Virus record (IMG/VR): IMGVR_UViG_3300027741_000025
Span: 1 to 64,000 of that record
Length of the DNA: 64,000 nucleotides
Origin: a virus
Strand: one strand, 5' to 3'
Part shown: positions 36,225 through 46,722 of the stretch, piece by piece
Layout: every line of letters starts with the position of its first letter
Position numbering within the stretch: the first letter of the stretch is position 1
Translations under genes and position numbers: made by a program
The notes under the pieces: model-generated
What the model saw: the letters and a program-made list of their open reading frames with translations, nothing else
Databases searched by the model: none
What the model was told of the DNA's origin: nothing

Positions 36225-37226
36225 TTAAGTAGCAGCCTCTGCAGCTAATAAACAGCCCCTAGCAACGCTATAAAGAGGATCTTTTGGCTGTATAACCTCT
36301 CCTATTTTCACAGATAAATCTGCTTCTTTTAAGCATTGTGTAAAAAGCTCTTTGAACCCAGGTGGGCTTGATGTCCCGCCGGCTACAACAAAGTCTATAG
36401 CTTGGTCAGTTTTAACACTTTTGGATGTATTTAAAAGTCCTTTTTTAATACCAGTTACAGTATGTTCTATCATTATTCTGTACTGAGTTTGTATTGCTCT
36501 TTCAACAAGAGTTGTGGGTGTTTTTGACAAATCTATTTTATGTTTTTCTTTATTGATATAAGCTATACCTTCACCTGTGGCTTTAGCAGCCATTTTATCA
36601 ATCCAGTCTCCGCTATTAACTATTGAAAATGAAAATAAAGGGTTCCCAAACATGGCAAAGCAAACATTTACCATCCCACCGCCACATGAAACCGAAACAC
36701 CGGTATAGGCTTTGTGTCCAAGCTCGGCATAAACTAAAGCTAAGGCTTCATTGATGGGTCTGGGATCCACTGTGTAGCCTTTATCACTCTTATAAGCTCT
36801 GAATATAGCTTCTAACACCTTGCCGTGATACTCAGCGTCGGTTTCTTCATTTATGGCGTTAGATGGAACACAATAATACAAAACTTCCTTGTCCCTCTCT
36901 ACTTCTCCTATTAAACTATGGAGCATTATGCTTAATATTTGAAATGCATCTTTCTCTTTGGGGTTAACACACCCTGAAGTCATAGGTCTCTTTAATTCTA
37001 ATCCGCTCATGGTATAAGCCATGTTCACAGCAGATTCTCCAAGAGCATATGCAACTTTTTCTCTTTCAATAAGAGGAACCCCAGCATTTTTCATCATATT
37101 AAAAACAAACTTATTCTCCAAAGGCATCTCAAGAAATGCATTTATTTCTTTTTTATAAACAAAATTATCGTCTTCATCTCTTTTACAACAAACGAGCGTG
37201 TAAGTTCCACAATCCATCCCAATCAT
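36225..37226 (-). CDS. Actin-fold ATPase (MreB/MamK/FtsA-like)
   Basis: IGMDCGT, RPM..G, NEALA, SCGGGMVN, GD.ID, VAGGTS..PGF, DP.YSVARG. Confidence 0.88.
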   Translation of the reverse strand: MIGMDCGTYTLVCCKRDEDDNFVYKKEINAFLEMPLENKFVFNMMKNAGVPLIEREKVAYALGESAVNMAYTMSGLELKRPMTSGCVNPKEKDAFQILSIMLHSLIGEVERDKEVLYYCVPSNAINEETDAEYHGKVLEAIFRAYKSDKGYTVDPRPINEALALVYAELGHKAYTGVSVSCGGGMVNVCFAMFGNPLFSFSIVNSGDWIDKMAAKATGEGIAYINKEKHKIDLSKTPTTLVERAIQTQYRIMIEHTVTGIKKGLLNTSKSVKTDQAIDFVVAGGTSSPPGFKELFTQCLKEADLSVKIGEVIQPKDPLYSVARGCLLAAEAAT

Positions 37227-37238
37227 ATGATATCTCCT

Positions 37239-37472
37239 TTAATTCTTTTTTCCAAAATCGATTTTTTCTGGTATAAAGTCTGGAATAGCCCAGGTTACCT
37301 TATCTTCTAAATTATCTATTAAAGTTTCTTTTTTTGGATTAGATTTACCATCGGCAGATAAAGCACCAACAGAACCATTCATATTTATGTTTAAATCCAA
37401 AGTTATCGAAACTTTTAGTTCACCGTCCTTGGTTATAATTTTAACATCACTTGGTCTTATTAATTGCGCCAT
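37239..37472 (-). CDS. Small hypothetical protein
   Basis: AGGTGA RBS; directly upstream of the actin-like gene. Confidence 0.7.
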   Translation of the reverse strand: MAQLIRPSDVKIITKDGELKVSITLDLNINMNGSVGALSADGKSNPKKETLIDNLEDKVTWAIPDFIPEKIDFGKKN

Positions 37473-37479
37473 ATTTCAC

Positions 37480-38049
37480 CTATTTCTTAGTGGACTCAGT
37501 AACTACTATTGCTGAGATAACTTGTAGGGAAACAGGACCAGAAGAACCATCAGGTAATTTAGCTTCAATTTTCTGGATATTCAGGTCACCTACATTGAAA
37601 ACTTGAACTTCTTTTGCCCCAAGATCAAAAATAGCGCTATCTATACCGTTAAGTCTTATTTGAACTGGATCTTCTGATTGATTTGCTATTTGGACAAAGT
37701 CAGCAAAGCTATTTGTATCACTTTGTATATCAATAACGTTATCGGTAAAGTCTGTACCATCATTGATAATTAGTTTATAAACTTTGGGAATATTGTTGAT
37801 ATCTGCTTTGTCATACCAGGCTGATCCGTCATCTTCTAAAATGATAAGAAATGCCAAATCAGCAGAAACATTTGGATAAACATACCTTTTCCAGTAGTTA
37901 GAGCCAGAAAATGTTTCTCCATCTTTTAATTCTCGGCTAATTCTATCCGGACCCATAGCGTAAACACTTCTTTGTATGCTTATTCCATTTGGATCGTTAT
38001 CTAACAAGCCTTGTGTGCCATTGTTTAATTTTACTTTAAATATGCTCAT
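37480..38049 (-). CDS. Putative virion protein with the shared SxQR..DGE module
   Basis: Start reassigned to MSIFKVKL after TATATAAATA. Confidence 0.7.
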   Translation of the reverse strand: MSIFKVKLNNGTQGLLDNDPNGISIQRSVYAMGPDRISRELKDGETFSGSNYWKRYVYPNVSADLAFLIILEDDGSAWYDKADINNIPKVYKLIINDGTDFTDNVIDIQSDTNSFADFVQIANQSEDPVQIRLNGIDSAIFDLGAKEVQVFNVGDLNIQKIEAKLPDGSSGPVSLQVISAIVVTESTKK

Positions 38050-38113
38050 GTATTTATATATGCTCCACAGCCAGAAAACCATTGGATTTAGCAACAAACC
38101 GCTATATATCTGT

Positions 38114-38251
38114 ATGGAAGAAAAAGAAAAAATAGAAGAAGCAAAAGACACACTTGAAACTTTTTTCGGTCAATTTGGACAAAATGATTTATACACACAA
38201 ATAATATTAGAGATGATATTTGAGGAGATGTTTAAAAAAAATGAAAAGTGA
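38114..38251 (+). CDS. 45-aa hypothetical protein
   Basis: TATATA-N5-ATG; MEEKEKIEEAKD... Confidence 0.4.
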   Translation: MEEKEKIEEAKDTLETFFGQFGQNDLYTQIILEMIFEEMFKKNEK

Positions 38252-38600
38252 TTTAAAAATTTTATGGTTATATTTGGCTAAAAGAGACAAGAAAGGTGTC
38301 AAAATACTTTCAAAGCTCTACTCTAGAGACATAGGTCCAACACCACTAGAAGATCTGAAACTGTTAAATTTACCTTCAAGTTGGTACGGCAAGGTTAAAT
38401 CCTACATAGATGAAAACTTGTTATATTGGCAGCCTTGGATACAAACAGCAACGAGTTTTGATGAATTAAAAGCTAATTTAAAAGTTAGAGGATACTCAGA
38501 GCTGCCCGCCAACGGAAAACCTATGGTGTTGGTAACACCTACATTATTTGTAAATAGTAATTTTTTTGAAAAACAAAAAATTATGCTGCGGAAAAATTAG
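38241..38600 (+). CDS. Hypothetical protein
   Basis: ORF from MKSDLKILWLY. Confidence 0.7.
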   Translation: MKSDLKILWLYLAKRDKKGVKILSKLYSRDIGPTPLEDLKLLNLPSSWYGKVKSYIDENLLYWQPWIQTATSFDELKANLKVRGYSELPANGKPMVLVTPTLFVNSNFFEKQKIMLRKN

Positions 38601-38881
38601 AAATAAACTTCTTTTTCATTAATATAAAAAGTCCCAGAATGAACTTCAACCATAAGCATATCGCCATCAGCCCTGAGTATAACTCCGCCTCTTTTAATGA
38701 AATCTTTTGTTAATTCTTTGTAACAACCTTCTTCCGCAATTATTTTGGAAGATAATTTTTTTGAATGCTTAGGGTATACTCTTTGATTTTTCTTTATATT
38801 AAAGTCTTTGTTAACTTTTTCTTCTTTCATCCATTTACTGAATTCATTTATAAAAGAAAAATCTATATTGTTGTTTCTCAT
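38597..38881 (-). CDS. Hypothetical protein
   Basis: ATGA overlap with the upstream gene. Confidence 0.7.
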   Translation of the reverse strand: MRNNNIDFSFINEFSKWMKEEKVNKDFNIKKNQRVYPKHSKKLSSKIIAEEGCYKELTKDFIKRGGVILRADGDMLMVEVHSGTFYINEKEVYF

Positions 38882-39711
38882 GTTAAGTAATTCTTGATGT
38901 CTTCCTTTTTTATATACTCTGCATTATTGAATTTTTTTCCATTACCATAATAATATGCTTTTCTTCCATTTTTTGCAAACCAATATAAGTAACAATCTAT
39001 TATTTCATTAGCTATGTTTTGTTGAGGATAGGTATAAAGTCCGTTTTCTAATTGAACACTTCCTGGCTTATTATCCTTGAAAGAATCATCACAACATAAC
39101 AATATAACTTCACTGCAATTAAATTTGTACGCTAAGTTTATTGATGCACAAATTGGATTTCTATAATCATCTATTTGGCAATAGCCGTCAGAAGATTTAT
39201 TGAAATTTATACTTTCTTCATTCGCCGGGCTGTACTTATATTTTATACCATTATAATTTTCTAAAAATTCTGGGCACGTTCTATTTGATGCTATGCACTT
39301 GGGGAGACTTCTTTTGTTTGGAAGAAAACGCAAGCAATCTTCATATGGATTATTCACAACATAATAACCAAGAGAGGTTGAGTTGTTATTCCACTTCTTC
39401 AAAGAATTGTTAACACCCATAAAACAAACACCATTGATTTTCTTTAATAAAAGATGAATTTCATCAAAATCATAACCATCTGATATTATTACGGCAGTAT
39501 TAAAGTTATTATTTTCTGAGTCTGCCCAAGGGTATTTTTTTCTGTTATTTTCAAATTCATTTTTTAACAAAAGAAAGTATTCATTTTCATTAATAGTTTT
39601 GTTTACATCTATTACCTGGCAAGAATTATTGCAAAAATTTCTTATCCAAAAATTATAGTTTGGAGTTTTTATGAATTCGTTATTTTTTATTTTTTTTGTT
39701 TTGGGTGACAT
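38878..39711 (-). CDS. Maf/DUF115-like (TPK-fold) putative glycosyltransferase
   Basis: AVIISDG, GVNNS, YYVVNNP, INLAYKF....VILL..D; start uncertain. Confidence 0.55.
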   Translation of the reverse strand: MSPKTKKIKNNEFIKTPNYNFWIRNFCNNSCQVIDVNKTINENEYFLLLKNEFENNRKKYPWADSENNNFNTAVIISDGYDFDEIHLLLKKINGVCFMGVNNSLKKWNNNSTSLGYYVVNNPYEDCLRFLPNKRSLPKCIASNRTCPEFLENYNGIKYKYSPANEESINFNKSSDGYCQIDDYRNPICASINLAYKFNCSEVILLCCDDSFKDNKPGSVQLENGLYTYPQQNIANEIIDCYLYWFAKNGRKAYYYGNGKKFNNAEYIKKEDIKNYLT

Positions 39712-39712
39712 A

Positions 39713-41680
39713 TTACTTACAAGGAACAATTGCTACGCAATTGAGTTTTTGATCATCTCCTGTGATTTTACTTATATCCAATTGTATTTTGACATCTATC
39801 GGAGCCCCCTTGTAGACCATTTCTATTTCTGGTTTCTCTGGCATTAACAATTGGATGGTCGATGGAATATTTCCGTTTATCTCTATAACAGGAGGTATTC
39901 CGACAACCTGTATTTGGCTGGGTATACCAGAAGCATCAATCTTGATTTCTCTTGGGAAATCTTCTGGAATATTTAATCCAATAAATTCTGGGATATCACT
40001 CTTTATTTGAATGATAGTAGGAACACTTGTTGCATCTAAAAATATAGATTTTGGTATATCTGCTTCTGAGATAATTTTAATTTCAGATGGAAGCCTCACA
40101 TCTGGTGCTATTATTTTTATTTGCTCCGGAAGATCTACTTTTTCTATTTTTATTGAAGATGGAATATTAGATGTGTCTATCGTCAAAGGAGGAATACTTG
40201 GAGGAACAATATTTATTACAGACGGTATTCCCAAGCTGTCAACTTCTATTGTTGCATTCATAGAGGGGTTTTCAGAAGAATAGTTTCTGTTTCCCATAAA
40301 GCCCATTCCAGGCTCGATAAATTGCCCAGAAAGATCTTTCATAAATGGAACGCCAGTCGGACACTGAACTGTAACTATGGCGCTAAGTACCGGAGGTAGA
40401 CCAAATGGACCTCCCCAATCAACAACCATTGTTGGTGTTGAAAAAGATATCATAGATGGAATTAAAGGATACCCATTAATATCAAGTAGCCCACTTACTG
40501 TAATTCTGTTGGGAATGCTGGGCGGCATTCCGATCACACTAATGATAGATGGTATGTTAAGCCCGTTAGGATAAACATTAATTTTAGATGGTAAGCTAAA
40601 ACCTCCATCTACATGTATTGGAGATAGACTAATATAGGATGCCAAAGAGCCAGTTATATCTATTTTTACAGGGGATATTCCTATATCGGGTATTTTTATT
40701 GGACTTATCGATATCGGTGGAATAGTAATAGGCGATATTGTTATTTTGCTTGGAATGTTAATTGGCGATATGCCAATATTGATAGAAGAAGGCACAGCAT
40801 TTATGTTACCAACGTCTAGACACGGAAACACAATAGGAGGAATGTTATATTTGTTTGGAAGTGGAGAAAAAGGTGTTATTAATATAGGTGGTATATCTGG
40901 TGGTGGAGGAATAGGAATCTCTAAGGGAGTTATAATTTCCGCCACAACAGGCTCTAAGGGTGCAGTTCTGTCAGTAGGAGTGAATGTAACGGAGCATTTA
41001 TCATTAAAAATTGTTAAAACAGGATCTGGAGTTGAATTTGGAGCATATGTGTGATTACCTTGTAATACATTTGTAGTGTAATTCCCATCACCAAAATCCA
41101 ATCTAAAACTTGTGAAAGATCCATTTATTTCAAGTAAGTATTGAGCAAGCACGCCTGTTGTTTGACTGTTTTCAAGTATGTTAAATGTAAAATTTACATC
41201 TGGGCATCCATAATCATCAAATATAGCGGGAACTGCCTGTAGATTTCTTATCCTCCAGTCAAGTGTGGTCTTGTCAGTAGAAAAATTATTTCCTATAAAT
41301 TCTTGTACATTTATAATGGCATCGACCATCTGATTGTGATGCTCGGCTATTACAAAACCTCTTACTTTAACCCCAGAATAATTGTATTTTGTTTCTTCTC
41401 CGCCCAAATTACGAATACATTCTTTGAATTTAAAAACTTTTTGTTCGCCATTAACAAGTTTTTTTTCAACACTATTGTAGTAAAACAACTCTCCTTCTAT
41501 GTTTGCAAATCCATTATTTGACCATAATTCATTATTCTCAGAAGGTCTTATTTCTATTTCGTCCGCCCACGGAGCATTGTCAGAAGCCAATATTGCTTCC
41601 GATGTATTGAAAACAAGAAACAATGTCTCGTCAGAGTCATATTTGCTGGGATATAGTGGATTTGGCGGCGGTCTTGTCAA
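39713..41680 (-). CDS. Tail/baseplate-associated protein: AEHHN domain, PKD-like domain, Pro/Ile-rich repeats
   Basis: IAEHHNQMVDAII; LDFGDG...HTY; IPS.I repeats. Confidence 0.7.
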   Translation of the reverse strand: MTRPPPNPLYPSKYDSDETLFLVFNTSEAILASDNAPWADEIEIRPSENNELWSNNGFANIEGELFYYNSVEKKLVNGEQKVFKFKECIRNLGGEETKYNYSGVKVRGFVIAEHHNQMVDAIINVQEFIGNNFSTDKTTLDWRIRNLQAVPAIFDDYGCPDVNFTFNILENSQTTGVLAQYLLEINGSFTSFRLDFGDGNYTTNVLQGNHTYAPNSTPDPVLTIFNDKCSVTFTPTDRTAPLEPVVAEIITPLEIPIPPPPDIPPILITPFSPLPNKYNIPPIVFPCLDVGNINAVPSSINIGISPINIPSKITISPITIPPISISPIKIPDIGISPVKIDITGSLASYISLSPIHVDGGFSLPSKINVYPNGLNIPSIISVIGMPPSIPNRITVSGLLDINGYPLIPSMISFSTPTMVVDWGGPFGLPPVLSAIVTVQCPTGVPFMKDLSGQFIEPGMGFMGNRNYSSENPSMNATIEVDSLGIPSVINIVPPSIPPLTIDTSNIPSSIKIEKVDLPEQIKIIAPDVRLPSEIKIISEADIPKSIFLDATSVPTIIQIKSDIPEFIGLNIPEDFPREIKIDASGIPSQIQVVGIPPVIEINGNIPSTIQLLMPEKPEIEMVYKGAPIDVKIQLDISKITGDDQKLNCVAIVPCK

Positions 41681-41695
41681 TTCATTTTCCTCGTA

Positions 41696-44605
41696 TTAAT
41701 ATATTGTAGATAGCCATTGTTTTTCATTAATATCGCCAGGTCTTCCTCCAAGATACCTGAAAGTTAGATCTATATCATTGAATTTGACAAAGGATTTAGC
41801 ACTATAGTCATAGCTTATATATACATTATGATCCTGATCTGAAGTAGCCAGCAAAGTTTGATTAAGATCATCAAAACCAGTTACAGTAGAATCTTGAAGT
41901 GATTTAAAAGCTGTAGATCCAACTCCAGGACCACCGGTTGACCAAACTCCTGTTGTTGAATTGAATACCGATATGGCACCAGAGTTATTAAACAGAAATA
42001 TTGCACTGGAGAGATTTACTAGCTGACCTTCTGTCTTAGTTGGACCGGAAAGATCATTTATTTTTTTAATTTCAGAAATTGGATTTGATGTAATTCCACT
42101 TGTTTTATAAAAGTTTTTGAGTCTGAAGAATTTACCCTCCCCAGAATTTTGGAGTATGTATCCTGATCCATCTCTCCAAACCGATCTTGTGAAGCTATAC
42201 CCATCGGATGGCAAGGTATAATTTTTTATATCTTCTGCTCCGTTCTTGAATGAGCTTGAATTTAAACAATTTGTGCTATAAATATAATTTGATAGAGACA
42301 AAGAAACAACGCTAGTGTCTATTTTTGATACATTTCCATCTCCGCACGCATTTGCATTTGTCCCAGATGATTCATTTTTGTTATTCCCCAGAATAAAATA
42401 AATATTATCTCCTCCCGAAGGCAATCCAGCCCAACCCCATTGTCTAGATACGGCCGGTCCTATTAAAGTGTATGCAGAATAAACATCATAAAAAGAACTG
42501 TATTTTTGAAAAAACACTCCTTCATACAAAACAGGTTCGCCACTATCTCTTCCCGTAGCCCAAAACATCAAACCCTCAGAATTTTTATTACCAGACCCAT
42601 AGTTATCCATCTTAGCAAAACCATTATTTCTTTCGAATTCTCTTATAGATCTGCATTTTTCACTATATGAATAGCAACTATCACAACACTTTGTTCCACA
42701 ATCACAGTTGTTTGTTCCCACACTTCCTAAAAAACTACTATTGAATTTTGGGCCTATGTCAGAAGTGTTATTTAAAGTTTTAAATGTTTCACTTATAAGT
42801 CCAAATTCATGAGAAACAATCACATCAGATTTGCCTTTTGTCCATATCCATAAATTTGAATTTTCTATTACATCTATGCTTGATTTAAAGTTTGTAATCC
42901 GGTAGTTCCCACTATCAGTATCTGTTCTCAAAACTACATCATAAACTCCCCCAACACTAAACGAAGCTATTGTGTAACTTTGATTAAGATGAGTGAGATC
43001 ATCACTTATTCCCCATGAATAAGAATTTATTGCATCTGATGCATTTTGACCATTTTTTAAAGAAGCTGTGGCAGATACACTAACATTTTCAAACTTCTGA
43101 TTGACCGCAGAGCTGCTGCCTATTTTTATCACATCTCCTGAGATCACGCTAAAATTTGGGGAAGTTATACTTGTTGAAGCAGGATAGTTAGTATCAGAAT
43201 AAGAATAAATAATGTCGCCATTTTTGTAAATTATTGCAACATTTGAGTTTTGTTCGCCATCAGAGTAATCAAATTTAACGGTGGCCAAACCAGGATCTGT
43301 TGCCTCCCATTGATATTCATTGAGTCCGTCAGGTTCAAACAAAGCAATAGAAGAAGCTCTTGTAAAAGGATCGCCCGGAGTGCCTGAGCCTAAAAAATTA
43401 GACTGCGCGCCGTATCTGACTGTTTTTAGATTATAAGTTGGTATGTTTATTGAAATATAAGTGTTTATTGGAGATGTGATTCTATAGAGTCTTTTATTTA
43501 TTTCTTCTTCTAAGAAAGTTTCGCCCAAGAAAGTTTGGGTCACCCCGGGCACAAAATTAATTTCTGCTTCTGAAGGACAAAATTCTCTTACATTGACTAT
43601 ATTTCTGAGAATACACGTATCAGATCCAAAATCATTAGTAACAGTTAAAGATACATCAATAAAACCAGGATTTTCATAAGTATAAATTAAACTATCTTGA
43701 TCTAAATTTAAATAAATGGTAATTCCCCCAGATTTATCTCCTCCTTCTCCTATGACTAATCTATATTTTGGATTATTTCTTGTAGAAGAATAAATAATAT
43801 TGAAAGATCTACTATTTCCAACATCACTATGACTAATCCACTCATCTGTGGATTTCTGTAAAGTATAGTTTTCTGGCAAGAAACTTTCTGTAACTTCCAC
43901 ATTAACAGTTGTCAATACTTCGCCCGTGCCTAAGGTTTTAAAACTAAATGATTTGCTATATGCAAAATAATCACCAGATCCATAATTAAAATTCCACTTA
44001 TGTTCTGTGGAGCGACTGGTACCGTCAGTGCCCAACCTAAAACTTAAATCAGTGAATTTTATAACACTTGGTTTCAATCCTATTTTTTTATCAACACCAA
44101 ACCAAGCCTTGGGAGCTAAAACTAAGTATCGTAGATAATTAGTTCTTTGTTCAATTGTTCCTTCTAAAGGATTAGCTGCTCTTTCACCCTGTACTCCTGC
44201 AAATTTTTCTATGTTTATAACGGCGTCTTTTAAAGAATTATGATGCTCAGCCATCACATTCTGTGTAATATTTGTTATATCCTTGTATTTTTTAACATCC
44301 TCAAAGCCAGAAAGAATGTTAATTCCACTGAAATATGCTGTTGTTGAAGATGTTATTGTTTTTGTTGTGTAATAAAAAGATATGGCTCTTTGTTTTATTT
44401 CCTCGCATTGATCCGTCAGTGTTATTATTCCTCCTCCGCGAGATTGATCTGGGAATCTATCTATAGCTTCTGTGTTGCCATATACATATATTTCTTTGGA
44501 TACTCCTGGAATATAATCTTCCGCTAAAGAGACTCTTAGATAATCATGAACCTCATACAAATTTTTATTTGTATCGAAATTTTCTGGGTAGTTGCTGAGA
44601 TTCAT
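41696..44605 (-). CDS. Tail/baseplate-associated protein: AEHHN domain plus PKD-like domains
   Basis: MAEHHNSLKDAVI; FTDLS..WNF..YTY..PG...VSLTVTN. Confidence 0.7.
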   Translation of the reverse strand: MNLSNYPENFDTNKNLYEVHDYLRVSLAEDYIPGVSKEIYVYGNTEAIDRFPDQSRGGGIITLTDQCEEIKQRAISFYYTTKTITSSTTAYFSGINILSGFEDVKKYKDITNITQNVMAEHHNSLKDAVINIEKFAGVQGERAANPLEGTIEQRTNYLRYLVLAPKAWFGVDKKIGLKPSVIKFTDLSFRLGTDGTSRSTEHKWNFNYGSGDYFAYSKSFSFKTLGTGEVLTTVNVEVTESFLPENYTLQKSTDEWISHSDVGNSRSFNIIYSSTRNNPKYRLVIGEGGDKSGGITIYLNLDQDSLIYTYENPGFIDVSLTVTNDFGSDTCILRNIVNVREFCPSEAEINFVPGVTQTFLGETFLEEEINKRLYRITSPINTYISINIPTYNLKTVRYGAQSNFLGSGTPGDPFTRASSIALFEPDGLNEYQWEATDPGLATVKFDYSDGEQNSNVAIIYKNGDIIYSYSDTNYPASTSITSPNFSVISGDVIKIGSSSAVNQKFENVSVSATASLKNGQNASDAINSYSWGISDDLTHLNQSYTIASFSVGGVYDVVLRTDTDSGNYRITNFKSSIDVIENSNLWIWTKGKSDVIVSHEFGLISETFKTLNNTSDIGPKFNSSFLGSVGTNNCDCGTKCCDSCYSYSEKCRSIREFERNNGFAKMDNYGSGNKNSEGLMFWATGRDSGEPVLYEGVFFQKYSSFYDVYSAYTLIGPAVSRQWGWAGLPSGGDNIYFILGNNKNESSGTNANACGDGNVSKIDTSVVSLSLSNYIYSTNCLNSSSFKNGAEDIKNYTLPSDGYSFTRSVWRDGSGYILQNSGEGKFFRLKNFYKTSGITSNPISEIKKINDLSGPTKTEGQLVNLSSAIFLFNNSGAISVFNSTTGVWSTGGPGVGSTAFKSLQDSTVTGFDDLNQTLLATSDQDHNVYISYDYSAKSFVKFNDIDLTFRYLGGRPGDINEKQWLSTIY

Positions 44606-44612
44606 TTTTTTC

Positions 44613-46061
44613 CTAATCTATTGTTATTTCTTCTTTTAAGAAAGCTTTTTTAATTGTTTGATTGTTAAATGAAACAAACACCGAAGGGTTATATAAAGAA
44701 GATGGATAATTTATTTTATACATAAAATATATAGTATGTATATTTGGGTCTGTCTCTGTGTAGCTCCTGACTATTTCTGGTTTCCAAAGATTTTTTGATT
44801 GTCCGCCACAGTTGGCAGTATAGAAGCTTCCATTTATCGGACCAACCTTCCCAATCATAACATTATTTAAACTCAGGCTACTTCCGTCGCCCTTCGATAT
44901 TGTGATCAATTTTCCGTCGCCATCTATTGAGGATATTTTTCCGATTTTTGTTGTTGTTGCACCTCCTTGCTCATAAGCAAAGATTACATATTGGCCAGTA
45001 TAAGGCGAAGTCAAATATTTTCTAATATCTTCTTTGAATTTGAATTTATTATTATCAACACCACAAGAATAAAACTTTTTGATTACACAGCCATCTCCAT
45101 TAAAGTTCCAATATCTTTCTTTCACATCTCCATCTGTTTGATCAACAAATTCAAAAATAGTAGGGTTTTCGCCTATAGGCACGACTTCAAACTGATCGCC
45201 GGCATGGCACTCTTCTGGTTCTGCGAGAGAAAAGGATGTGCCGCTTGTCATGTTTGGAGTTGTTGTTAAAACATCAAATCCATCCGGAGAATTCTTTACA
45301 TAAAAGAATGGGGTTCTTAATGTATCATCCACTACTATATAATTATTCTTTGTGACTATTCCTTGCCCGCCCAATACACTCACAACAACCAACTCTACAG
45401 AATATGATCCTTCTTTTGCGTATGTGTGAATTGGATTTTTTTCAGTGGATGTTGTTCCATCTCCAAAATCCCAAAAACATCTAATTAATGGTCCATTTAA
45501 CTCATTTGGCGCCATGCCAAGACTAAAGTTTTGAAAAGAAACTGTGAGAGGAGCACCCCCAGAAATTGGATAAGCTCTAAACAATGGCTTTGGTGTAAGA
45601 AATCTATTCTCTTGGTTTTTTAATATCCCATTCAAAGATATATCGTTTGGATTTGACTTTAAACCTAAATTAATTTCTGTTTTTATAACAGCATCTTTTA
45701 CAGCATTGTGATGCTCTGCACTAACAGAGTTGGACACGGTGCTCCCTAGGGTCCATTGATTTTGTCTAGATCCCGCAAAACCACGAACCAAATTATTGAA
45801 AGTATTATCAGTCCTGGCTGCGTAATAAATTAATTCCCCGGAATTAAATTTTTTATTTGTAATTCTTATTAACCCCTGTAGAGGGAAACCTGATGCATCT
45901 TCGACAATAATTTTTTTTGCAGAATATCCTACACTTTGTTTCAAAGTAGTTGTTGCATTATTTTTAACCTCATATAGACTTTTTTTGGTGTCAATAGCTT
46001 CTGGGTATAAAGAAAGATCTCCGGTTATATAGCCGATATTTAAACTATCAATTCTTGCCAT
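44613..46061 (-). CDS. Tail/baseplate-associated protein: AEHHN domain plus PKD domain
   Basis: SAEHHNAVKDAVI; G.APLTVSF..WDFGDG.TSTEKNP.HTY...G.Y.V.L. Confidence 0.75.
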   Translation of the reverse strand: MARIDSLNIGYITGDLSLYPEAIDTKKSLYEVKNNATTTLKQSVGYSAKKIIVEDASGFPLQGLIRITNKKFNSGELIYYAARTDNTFNNLVRGFAGSRQNQWTLGSTVSNSVSAEHHNAVKDAVIKTEINLGLKSNPNDISLNGILKNQENRFLTPKPLFRAYPISGGAPLTVSFQNFSLGMAPNELNGPLIRCFWDFGDGTTSTEKNPIHTYAKEGSYSVELVVVSVLGGQGIVTKNNYIVVDDTLRTPFFYVKNSPDGFDVLTTTPNMTSGTSFSLAEPEECHAGDQFEVVPIGENPTIFEFVDQTDGDVKERYWNFNGDGCVIKKFYSCGVDNNKFKFKEDIRKYLTSPYTGQYVIFAYEQGGATTTKIGKISSIDGDGKLITISKGDGSSLSLNNVMIGKVGPINGSFYTANCGGQSKNLWKPEIVRSYTETDPNIHTIYFMYKINYPSSLYNPSVFVSFNNQTIKKAFLKEEITID

Positions 46062-46722
46062 TTGATGCACCTAATTTTTTAGTATATTCATTTTGTAAAT
46101 TCATCATATTTGACTGTAAAGCATTCAGTTTATTTAAAACCTGTTGTTTTATAGGTATGTCATCTGGTAGAGATAAAACTGTCTCTACTAGATCTATATC
46201 TATATTATTTTCAAGCAAAATTTTAAGATTCATTTTCTCCAGGAGTTTTGTGCCCCAGTATTCTTTTTGAGCTTCAAAATCATCAAAATTCTTAATAGGT
46301 TCTATTTTTTCAATATTTTTATATGTTTGTAAGAAGAATTCACACTCTTCTTCTATGAATTTTTGCTTTTCTTCCAGGTCTGTTATTGTGTTTTTAACAC
46401 TTTCGACAGCTCTATTTAATTGCCTGTGTTTTATTTCAAGCTCTTTCTTGGTGAGTTCATCTGCTTCTTGATCTTTTAATTTATTTAATTTAATAATATT
46501 TATTTCTTGAAGCTCTAATTTATCTTTCTCTTCTTCAATTTGTAGTATTATGTTCTTTAAGTTATCTTTTCTTAGTTTTAATTCCCTTAGGCATTGCCAC
46601 ATTTTAGCTTGATTTGTAGGTTCTTTTCCTATTAAAAAATATTTTAATTGAAAATAGCTATGTCTTGAAACCACGTCAGTTTTCAACAAATCATCCATCC
46701 TTCTGATCAACTCATTAGGCAT
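46048..46722 (-). CDS. Coiled-coil protein (possible fibre assembly factor)
   Basis: Heptad-rich; located in the tail operon. Confidence 0.65.
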   Translation of the reverse strand: MPNELIRRMDDLLKTDVVSRHSYFQLKYFLIGKEPTNQAKMWQCLRELKLRKDNLKNIILQIEEEKDKLELQEINIIKLNKLKDQEADELTKKELEIKHRQLNRAVESVKNTITDLEEKQKFIEEECEFFLQTYKNIEKIEPIKNFDDFEAQKEYWGTKLLEKMNLKILLENNIDIDLVETVLSLPDDIPIKQQVLNKLNALQSNMMNLQNEYTKKLGASNGKN

